Source of the DNA: a virus
Lineage: Duplodnaviria > Caudoviricetes
Reading direction: 5' to 3' (one strand)
Length of the DNA: 39,856 nucleotides
IMG/VR virus record: IMGVR_UViG_3300037585_001948
Span: 1 to 39,856 of that record
The translations under genes were made by a program, and so were the position numbers. Each line of letters opens with the position of its first letter. The stretch's first letter is position 1. Of this stretch, positions 32,467-39,856 are shown piece after piece. The notes beneath the pieces are model-generated. The model was not told where the DNA came from, ran no database searches, and was given only the letters and a program-made list of their open reading frames with translations.

Positions 32467-33582
32467 TTACATTTTTTTAATACTTCTAATTTTGAGTCCT
32501 CTTCCACTATCATTATTGCTACTTTGAACAGCTCTAATTTTTAAACCATCCTTAGTAACATAACTTGGGGCTTTTCTCACATCCATATTAATGTTTTTAG
32601 ATTTTTTAGAAACATTTTCTACAGCCTGTGACATCCCTAAGTCATAAAAGTATTTGGCAAATTTGTCAGGATTACTTGCAACAGATAAAGCTTTGTGGTA
32701 TGCATTTGCATCTTTTATCAAACCTTTATCATCTACAAACTTTTGCACAAAATTGTTAAAGTCCAATTGAACATTATATAATTCTTGTGCAGTACCTGGC
32801 TTATACGTATAATTATCATCTCCTACAGTAACATCAAAACCTTTGAAGTCATCGGAAAAAACCTTTTGAGTTTCTTCTTGGAAATAATCTCTTATTTTTT
32901 TATTTGCCTCAACTTGCGTTTGAGATTTCTCAAGAGCCTCTTTATAAGCATTAAGTTGTTTTTCTTGATCTTCTGATAATCCACCCCCACTTGACTCAAG
33001 AGGAATTTTATACTTATCTTTTTGTTCATTAAAAAACTTCTTCGCTTTTGCGAGTTCTCGTTTTTTAGCCAACTTCTTCTTCTTAATGTCTTTTGGATCA
33101 TCAAGTTCCTCATCGAAACTAAATTTATCCTCCATGACATCTTGAATGTCAATTGCATCTAACCCATCTTCTTGGGTTGCAATATAGTCGGCAAGTACAG
33201 CATCATCTTCCATAGCATCGTAATCTCTTTGTAAATTATAGAAATCACTGATGCCACGACCAGTTTCTTGCTTATACTTTAAATACGCAGAAACATCTTC
33301 AGGTAATGGTTCATTTACTTCTTTTTCTGTAAAAAGTTCATCAACTGAATTTATTTCTTTGTCATATCTATTCTTCAAAAAAGAAAGAACGTCTTCATCA
33401 CTTAACTCTGATGAGGGAGTTTTCTCTTCAACCTCACTCTTAGGTTGTTCCTCTACCACTTCTTCTACTTGTTGTGGCTGTTCTTGTTTTGTTTCATCTT
33501 CATGCTTTTGTAGAAGTTGTTCTTCTATTTCAGCTTTCGATTTGTTTTCGTTGCCATCTATGGCTCTTACTTTTAATTCCAT
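32467..33582 (-). CDS. capsid scaffolding protein (acidic)
   Basis: Glu/Asp-rich and coiled-coil-like; between portal and capsid genes. Confidence 0.65.
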   Translation of the reverse strand: MELKVRAIDGNENKSKAEIEEQLLQKHEDETKQEQPQQVEEVVEEQPKSEVEEKTPSSELSDEDVLSFLKNRYDKEINSVDELFTEKEVNEPLPEDVSAYLKYKQETGRGISDFYNLQRDYDAMEDDAVLADYIATQEDGLDAIDIQDVMEDKFSFDEELDDPKDIKKKKLAKKRELAKAKKFFNEQKDKYKIPLESSGGGLSEDQEKQLNAYKEALEKSQTQVEANKKIRDYFQEETQKVFSDDFKGFDVTVGDDNYTYKPGTAQELYNVQLDFNNFVQKFVDDKGLIKDANAYHKALSVASNPDKFAKYFYDLGMSQAVENVSKKSKNINMDVRKAPSYVTKDGLKIRAVQSSNNDSGRGLKIRSIKKM

Positions 33583-33604
33583 ATTATATTAAATTTAATT
33601 TTTA

Positions 33605-33612
33605 CAAAGTTA
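33605..33612 (-). promoter_or_regulatory. Bacteroidota -7 element (TAACTTTG) for the scaffold-capsid operon
   Basis: Intergenic; 22 nt before the scaffold ATG. Confidence 0.6.
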
Positions 33613-33638
33613 TACATTTATTTTTCTAAATTTTGGGC

Positions 33639-36074
33639 TTATCTTGGATCGAACTCCGCCATATCAAACCCATCTAAACTATCTTCATTTGATTCAAAAT
33701 TAATAGAAGGTAAATCTCTTTTCTTCTGTTCAATCATTTTAGATGTTTCTGTAGATTGTTGACTGATTCTCTCTGACTTACCTTGCTCTTTAGCTTCTTC
33801 TCTTGTATCAATTGCTTGTTGTTCCAAGCCTTTTAGTTGCATATTGTAAGAAAACTCCTCCGCCATTAGAGCTAATTTAAGTTCTTTCTCTGCAGTCAGC
33901 TTTTGTATTTCATACTGTATCTTAGCTTGTTCTACTGCAATTTTACCTTCAGTCTCCATTTTTTGTTTCTGCATTGCAATCTCTGCTGCAGCTTGTTGTT
34001 GTTGCATAGCTTGTTGGGCCTGCATTTGTTGTTGCATCATTTGTTGTTGTTGCTCAGCTTCTTGTTTTTTCTTTCTCTTAACTTTCAACAATTGATTAGC
34101 CATTTTAATATTATGTATTTCTCTAATATCAATAGCATCTTCTAAACTAATATTTTCTTTTGATAATGCCATTTGAATGTTTTGTTCTAACATTGCTTTT
34201 TGCTCTTCATCAGGAGCAAGTTCTATAAACACACCAAAATCATAGATATATAAATCTTTTATGTCTTCTAATATTGCAAGATTATATTTTCCTATTTGCA
34301 TCGCAAACTCATCTTTGAAATCTGCATACTTTAAAATATCAGCAGTTCTTATTGTTAAACACTCTGCCATTCTTCTTGCAATAAATAAACTTCCATCTAA
34401 TATATGTCTTGTTGCTACATTAGAATTAAGTGCAGCTAACTTTTGTACACCAACCAAAGAATTTGGATCTGGTACTGAAGCGTCTCGAGCTTCATTTAAA
34501 CCAGTAACAGTACGAATCATATCTAAGTAATGATTGTAGTTGCCAATTAACATTTGAAGTTTTCCACCTCCACTGTTAGCAGTTAACTGTTGAATAGGAA
34601 CTCTTGCATTATTAAATTCGCCATCACCAGTGTAACTTCTACCTACAACACTACCAGTTTGAAAATATAATCGTAACGCATCTTCAGGATTATAGGCTTG
34701 TCCAGTTCCTAAGTCTACTTCGTTTAAACCATCGGCATCAATAAATACACCATCAGGTACAACTCTGGAAACTACTTGTTGGATTTTCAAATGAGTAATT
34801 TGAATTAAGTCAGCGAAAGGTATCATTCTTTTACACAATGACTCCATCATACCTTTGTAACTTCTTGGTGCACAAGCCACATAATTTGGCATAGCAAATT
34901 GATTTGCAGATTTTGGTCTTACCATATTCTCCATCATTTGCCACTGCAAAATAATATTTGTACCCATTACCATTACACCTTCATACCATACATCAATCTT
35001 TTTTTCTACCTTTTCAAACTTTCCTTCTTCCATCATTTCTGCTGGAGGATTAAACTGATCATCTTTTTCTACAGTTTTATATGTACCATCTTCCATTCTT
35101 TTTCTTTTATAAACAAAAGAATTAGTGCTTTTATAATTAAAATACATCAAAGTTGCAGTGTCTCTATAAAACATACTGTTTTCATACATCTGTGCAGTTT
35201 GATAATAGTTATACCACGATTGACTATATTTAGATATTTCTTCTAAATCTTCATTAGTTAACTCTGGATCAATTTTAAGTAATTCTCCTATAGGAACTGT
35301 TTTAATTTCCCCCCAATAAAAACAATCTTTAAAGTATGGGTCTTCTGTGTAACTATAAACCACATTAACAGGATCAACATAACTTATTTTTACACCTTGT
35401 CCTTGCAAAAACTCGTGTTTAGTAATACCGATACCTAAAGTAGCCATATCATAATCAACTCTTTTACGAGTATCATCATAATGATTTTCAGCTAATAATG
35501 TATTAACTGCTTCTTCACAAGCTATTTCTATTGCAGGTTTATATTTTAAATTCATAAACAACTCAAGTTCTTCTCCAGTTTCAGGTAATTCTTCTTCAGG
35601 AACATTGAATACATCAATGCCAAAATCTTGAGTCATTTGTGTTAAGATAGGTTTTGCTAACATATCTCCTTCTACCATTTCTTGAAACTGACTTCTTTTT
35701 TCTGCAGACAACGCGTCTTGAGCATATGTTTTTACTTTGAACATACGATCTTGCATTCCATTAACTACAATATCAATAAACTTAGGAATAATAGGAACTG
35801 GTGTCCAGTCTAAATTAAGATAAGATAAATCACCATCTATTGCTAATTCATTTTTATATTTAGCAATAGACTGCTCTCCACGAGCATAGAGTCTTAATTT
35901 ATTAAACTCTGCCCATTGGCTATAAAATCTACAAGAGTTACTATCTCTACGAAACCATTCGTACTGTATAGCTTGACCTACTTGTAACCCATATTCTACT
36001 GTAGCTTTTTCGGAATCAGAAACAAATTGATCTGGAAATGCAGCAGCCTTAATATCTATATTTACCTTCTTCAT
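33639..36074 (-). CDS. portal protein
   Basis: 811 aa after TerL; PIIPKFIDIVVNG, TVTGLNEARDAS; Gln-rich C-terminal barrel-like coiled coil. Confidence 0.85.
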   Translation of the reverse strand: MKKVNIDIKAAAFPDQFVSDSEKATVEYGLQVGQAIQYEWFRRDSNSCRFYSQWAEFNKLRLYARGEQSIAKYKNELAIDGDLSYLNLDWTPVPIIPKFIDIVVNGMQDRMFKVKTYAQDALSAEKRSQFQEMVEGDMLAKPILTQMTQDFGIDVFNVPEEELPETGEELELFMNLKYKPAIEIACEEAVNTLLAENHYDDTRKRVDYDMATLGIGITKHEFLQGQGVKISYVDPVNVVYSYTEDPYFKDCFYWGEIKTVPIGELLKIDPELTNEDLEEISKYSQSWYNYYQTAQMYENSMFYRDTATLMYFNYKSTNSFVYKRKRMEDGTYKTVEKDDQFNPPAEMMEEGKFEKVEKKIDVWYEGVMVMGTNIILQWQMMENMVRPKSANQFAMPNYVACAPRSYKGMMESLCKRMIPFADLIQITHLKIQQVVSRVVPDGVFIDADGLNEVDLGTGQAYNPEDALRLYFQTGSVVGRSYTGDGEFNNARVPIQQLTANSGGGKLQMLIGNYNHYLDMIRTVTGLNEARDASVPDPNSLVGVQKLAALNSNVATRHILDGSLFIARRMAECLTIRTADILKYADFKDEFAMQIGKYNLAILEDIKDLYIYDFGVFIELAPDEEQKAMLEQNIQMALSKENISLEDAIDIREIHNIKMANQLLKVKRKKKQEAEQQQQMMQQQMQAQQAMQQQQAAAEIAMQKQKMETEGKIAVEQAKIQYEIQKLTAEKELKLALMAEEFSYNMQLKGLEQQAIDTREEAKEQGKSERISQQSTETSKMIEQKKRDLPSINFESNEDSLDGFDMAEFDPR

Positions 36075-38347
36075 CTATTAAGTAATTGACTTACTGAACT
36101 TTTGTTGTTATACCTTGCAAAGTTAATGCTAATTTTTGACTTTTCTTTTGTCGGAGTGTATAAGTGTTTTTGATTTGCCATGATGGCCAACCCACTACTT
36201 ATAGCAGCATCAAACCTTGTTCTGTTATTAATATCAAACTTAGCCCAGTCTTCTAATGTTCTTTGAAAATACATCATACCCATATCATCTTTTTCTCGGA
36301 AAGTACCCTCCATATCTAAACCTATATGTTTTTCTATATAAGACTCAATTGCAGATGCATGAGCTTGTTTAACATCCTCTGATGTATTTGGTATACCTCC
36401 TAATTCTTTTTCAGTTTTAGATAGTTTATTAAATGTTTTATCTGGTCTGTTTAAACTAAATCCTCTATACCCTCTATTTTTAAAATGATAAAGTAATCGA
36501 GGTTTGTTATTTTCAACCAATATTGGCATACCATAAAAAACACATGCCATTAAGACTTCTTCAAAAAATATCTCAGCAGTTTGTGGTCGAGCTATGTATT
36601 CTAAAAAAAAGTGATTACTTGGCCACTCATCCATATTAAACTTAGTCATACCATGTAATGATCCATTAGAACCGCTACCCACTGTTACTCCTGAAATATC
36701 ATAAGAGTCACACCCAAACGAACCTAAGTGTTCATTACCTGGAAGTTTCCTTCCATTCTTAGCAATAACTCTGTTTTGTTGTTCAGGTTTAGGTAGATAA
36801 GATACAAAAAATCTGCCTCTTGTATTTGGAGTCCAAATTACTTTAGTATCTTGTATGCCATCTTTCCAATGAAAACTACCTTGAACCATATGGTGTTTCA
36901 TTATTAATGAGTCATTATAATCAATTTGTTGATAAATTTTTGTAAGATTAAATAAAGACTGTTTACTCTCATCTCTAAATGCATGTGACTCAGAACGAGG
37001 AAATTGTCTATAATATTCATTAAGTGCATCAGGATCAATAGTTAATGACTCTACTTCATTTTCCCAATAATCAATAGCGCCTTGATAAATGTTTTCTCCA
37101 TCTATTCCAACCACATATGTTTCGGGATTTTTTAATACTGGCATACCATATCTATCGATAAAACCTTCCATATTCCATTCCATTGGAATAAATAAATTAT
37201 ATAGCCCTGATTTTGTTTGTCCATTTTGATTTCTTTTTGATGGATCAGAATCATAAAATAATGCCTTAAAATTTCCCCCTCCTTTATCTAATGCATTAGA
37301 GGTAGAACCCATCATACATTTACCAATAATTTTACTTCCTAATCTTAAACAAGTTTTAGTTACCCTCCAGTTATTTAAAATATTTTCAGGTCTTTCCCAT
37401 TTACCACTCTCATCATGTAATAATAATTGTAGCTTTTCTCCATCATAACTGTTGTCAGACGTATTCTTCCAGTCAATAGTGGTATCTAAACCCTCTAATT
37501 CTTCTTCACCTTGATCAAACATATTTTTCTTAGTAATCTTAGAAGCTGGAACTCTATAAGCTAATTCGGTTTTAGGTTTGTCCATACCATCTTGAATAGG
37601 TTTAAAAAAGAAAGGATAATTATTAGAGATAGGAACAACCTTGTCAGTAAACATTTTTTTAGCATCTGAACCAGTTTTAGATAAAATACCTATTCGTGAA
37701 TCTTTAGAAATAGTTGCAGTATTGACACCTTCACAAGAACTCATAAAAGAAAACCCTGATCTTCTTATTTTTAAATAACACATTCCAAAACTTCTTTTAT
37801 CTAATTTAGAAGCTTCCCAGTATATATAAAATATTCTATTAGCTTCTCTAAAATCAGGATGTCCTACATCGATTTTAGTCCATTGTAAATACATATAGTG
37901 TGTGCCAGTTATATATGTAGGGATGCCATTATTTAAAAACCAATATCCTTGTTCTCTTCTATTAAACTCTGTTTCAATATAATCCACCCATTTATTTTTA
38001 AACTGAGGTGGTGCTTCATGCCATTGAAATATAGTTTGTACTCTTTTAAGTTCTTTAGGATATTCTTGTGGTTTCCAATACTGTTTAGTTTTTTCTAACT
38101 TAGAAGTAAGTTTTGGAGTAGAAGGCAAAGCTATCTTTACATTGTTGATATCATATACATCACCAATAGTGCCATCAGTAGATATAACTACTATATCATA
38201 TTTTTCATTATACCCAGGCTGCCATGCTCGAGCTTTATTTTTTCGAGACATAACATTTTTTGGAACAACGTCTTTTATGATAGTATATAAACTATCTTGA
38301 CCGTGATTCTGCAAATCCTTGAGGCGTTTTTGTTTTTGTAACTTCAT
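36071..38347 (-). CDS. terL: terminase large subunit
   Basis: YITGTHYMYL, Walker A variant LKIRRSGFS, Walker B LLHDESGK, MMGSTSN, nuclease FGCDSYD, LVENNK, FDAAISSG. Confidence 0.9.
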   Translation of the reverse strand: MKLQKQKRLKDLQNHGQDSLYTIIKDVVPKNVMSRKNKARAWQPGYNEKYDIVVISTDGTIGDVYDINNVKIALPSTPKLTSKLEKTKQYWKPQEYPKELKRVQTIFQWHEAPPQFKNKWVDYIETEFNRREQGYWFLNNGIPTYITGTHYMYLQWTKIDVGHPDFREANRIFYIYWEASKLDKRSFGMCYLKIRRSGFSFMSSCEGVNTATISKDSRIGILSKTGSDAKKMFTDKVVPISNNYPFFFKPIQDGMDKPKTELAYRVPASKITKKNMFDQGEEELEGLDTTIDWKNTSDNSYDGEKLQLLLHDESGKWERPENILNNWRVTKTCLRLGSKIIGKCMMGSTSNALDKGGGNFKALFYDSDPSKRNQNGQTKSGLYNLFIPMEWNMEGFIDRYGMPVLKNPETYVVGIDGENIYQGAIDYWENEVESLTIDPDALNEYYRQFPRSESHAFRDESKQSLFNLTKIYQQIDYNDSLIMKHHMVQGSFHWKDGIQDTKVIWTPNTRGRFFVSYLPKPEQQNRVIAKNGRKLPGNEHLGSFGCDSYDISGVTVGSGSNGSLHGMTKFNMDEWPSNHFFLEYIARPQTAEIFFEEVLMACVFYGMPILVENNKPRLLYHFKNRGYRGFSLNRPDKTFNKLSKTEKELGGIPNTSEDVKQAHASAIESYIEKHIGLDMEGTFREKDDMGMMYFQRTLEDWAKFDINNRTRFDAAISSGLAIMANQKHLYTPTKEKSKISINFARYNNKSSVSQLLNR

Positions 38348-38567
38348 TACCTTCTAATAATAATTTTTCATCTTCTATTCTTTTGAGTATTTCAAAAGCA
38401 TCAAAGATGGCTAATTTTTTTGTAGCTGCGGCATTTTTTAATCTATCTGCGGCTAACTCATCCTCGGGATCTGGTTTGATTATTTCTTCTTTTGCAACTT
38501 TAATTAGTTGTCTTACAGCTCTTTCACCTGCTTTTATAATTTCTAACTTAATATCTCTTGTTTCCAT
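38292..38567 (-). CDS. probable terminase small subunit
   Basis: Small helical protein immediately upstream of, and overlapping, terL; positional inference only. Confidence 0.45.
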   Translation of the reverse strand: METRDIKLEIIKAGERAVRQLIKVAKEEIIKPDPEDELAADRLKNAAATKKLAIFDAFEILKRIEDEKLLLEGNEVTKTKTPQGFAESRSR

Positions 38568-39130
38568 TATAGTTTTACAGTTATATGTGAAGTAAACATT
38601 CTGTACAATACTTCATCATCAATTATAAATTCATATTCACTATCAGGTTGGTAGGCTATTTCATCACCCACTTGTAAACCTAAGTCTTCAAGTTCTTTGT
38701 TAATATATTTAATTACACCAACTAAAGGTTCGATACTGCCACCTTTTTCTATAAAGCTTTCTTTTTTTTGAGATGGCTTTATAAAACAATATTTATCATG
38801 TCCTTTCCATACACCATCTTTTTTATATAGAAAAAACTGATCGTTGTCAACAATAAACAAATCATCTCTTAAAAAACTCCTTCCACTTTGTCTTCTTCCA
38901 TACATATCATTATAAAATTTAAATACATTGTGATGAACAACTAAAGTGTCACCAACTTCTATTTCTCCTTTATAATTTATGGGGGTTGCTTTTACTGTAG
39001 CAAACCTATTAGATGATTTATGGTCTTCTTCAGATGCGCTTGTTATAAAATCAACATCTCCAATTTTTTTAATATTGTTATATCTTCTATTATTAATAGG
39101 AGATACTAAAAAAGAAAAGGGGGACTTCAT
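38567..39130 (-). CDS. GroES-like (tandem fold) protein; likely start ATG 39130
   Basis: ATVKATP...IEVGDTLVVHH and GVIKY...LGLQVGDEIAY...EFIIDDEVLY; TAATG coupling at both ends. Confidence 0.55.
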   Translation of the reverse strand: MKSPFSFLVSPINNRRYNNIKKIGDVDFITSASEEDHKSSNRFATVKATPINYKGEIEVGDTLVVHHNVFKFYNDMYGRRQSGRSFLRDDLFIVDNDQFFLYKKDGVWKGHDKYCFIKPSQKKESFIEKGGSIEPLVGVIKYINKELEDLGLQVGDEIAYQPDSEYEFIIDDEVLYRMFTSHITVKL

Positions 39131-39348
39131 TAAAAGTGTATATTGTATTCCAACGATACAGGCATAGTATATTTGAACTCTTTCCAAAGCAAAACTTCTT
39201 CGCCTTTTATGATCCAAATTTTATATGCTTCTGTTTCTTGTTGTATTAAATGGATTACATACTTGCCACCCAAGACTTCTTGTCCGACTATATAATGCAT
39301 TGCACCAGACTTATAGTCTGCTCCTATAGATATTTTTCGTATGTCCAT
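39130..39348 (-). CDS. hypothetical protein
   Basis: 72-aa ORF tiling the operon (IRKISIGADYK..AMHYIVGQ). Confidence 0.7.
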   Translation of the reverse strand: MDIRKISIGADYKSGAMHYIVGQEVLGGKYVIHLIQQETEAYKIWIIKGEEVLLWKEFKYTMPVSLEYNIHF

Positions 39349-39352
39349 TTAA

Positions 39353-39856
39353 TTAAAATGAAGTTCCAATATTGAGAACTCGGTAATATAAGTTTAAGTA
39401 TAGCACACCATTACCTTGGGTTGGGTTTGCGGCTGTGTTCAAAGTGACTGCTGTGTTTTGTGGTAATACCCCTGTAGCAATTTGAAACTTTTTTACAATA
39501 TCTGTAGCAAAGTTTGCGGTCTGAGCAGTGATAGAAAACAAATCATAAGCATTACCATTCTTTACAACTAAGTTATTTCCATAGTTATATGCACTTGAAC
39601 CAGCATCTACATAGATAGCCACATCCATTACATCAATAACTTTGTTAGCTCCTGGAGCTGCAATTAACTCTTTAGGTGTTGTTGATAATAGTAATTGTTC
39701 AGCAGAATTAACTTGAACATGAGCAACCAAAGTATCTACCCCATATAAATCTTGTAAATCTCCTAATGTACAACTTTTAGTTACTAAGTTATCTGATTGA
39801 TCAGTTAACACTAAATAGTCAGTAATAGTTGGAGCTACAACATTTGGATATGCAGA
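39353..39856 (-). CDS. 5'-truncated beta-rich, probably structural protein
   Basis: Frame stays open from the track's start (39811) to the window edge (SAYPNVVAPTITDYLVLTDQ...). Confidence 0.6.
   Translation of the reverse strand, partial: SAYPNVVAPTITDYLVLTDQSDNLVTKSCTLGDLQDLYGVDTLVAHVQVNSAEQLLLSTTPKELIAAPGANKVIDVMDVAIYVDAGSSAYNYGNNLVVKNGNAYDLFSITAQTANFATDIVKKFQIATGVLPQNTAVTLNTAANPTQGNGVLYLNLYYRVLNIGTSF

Noticed and set aside
32892-33158. 88-aa basic alternative-frame ORF inside the scaffold gene
   Set aside because: Expected shadow of GAA/GAT/AAA-rich codons; TTG start and no recognisable motif, unlike the 15075-15236 ORF.
33990-34065. CAA/CAG-rich repeat
   Set aside because: Encodes the ordinary Gln-rich C-terminal coiled coil of the portal.
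1-39856. Stop-codon reassignment as in some crAss-like phages
   Set aside because: Genes tile densely and intact under the standard code, with TAA, TAG and TGA all used as stops.
1-39856. CRISPR array, tRNA, integrase, reverse transcriptase/DGR, intron or intein
   Set aside because: No spaced repeats, cloverleaf, recombinase, RT or splicing motifs seen by eye; intergenic space is minimal. A covariance-model search was not possible.

Overview
AT-rich fragment of a tailed dsDNA bacteriophage, very probably a podovirus-type phage of a Bacteroidota (flavobacteria-like) host. Host assignment rests on TAnnTTTG -7 promoter elements, A-rich starts without Shine-Dalgarno sites, a BT4734/VirE-N primase domain and a crAss-like head-tail gene order. 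There are two convergent arms. The + strand (1-9168) carries recombination and replication genes: Sak3/DUF1071 annealase, PD-(D/E)XK exonuclease, SSB, candidate origin, primase-helicase, C5 DNA methyltransferase, SNF2-like helicase, lipoprotein, VRR-NUC and a DnaA-domain-IV-like protein. The - strand (9161-39856) carries morphogenesis genes: GroES-like, probable TerS, TerL, portal, scaffold, major capsid, ring proteins, a split tail-stabilisation protein, a GNAT-like protein and three candidate ejection proteins. The most notable locus is the 2834-aa candidate ejection protein. It holds a zincin HExxH domain, a wHTH and a complete beta-class amino-methyltransferase. It also hides a nested 53-aa highly basic +1-frame ORF missing from the ORF track, and an A10 slippery site. 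The C5 methyltransferase has its own nested +1-frame ORF (M.EcoHK31I-beta-like), and both methyltransferase modules carry a QLxxF clamp-binding-like motif. All functional calls come from motif recognition and gene order only; no database search was run.
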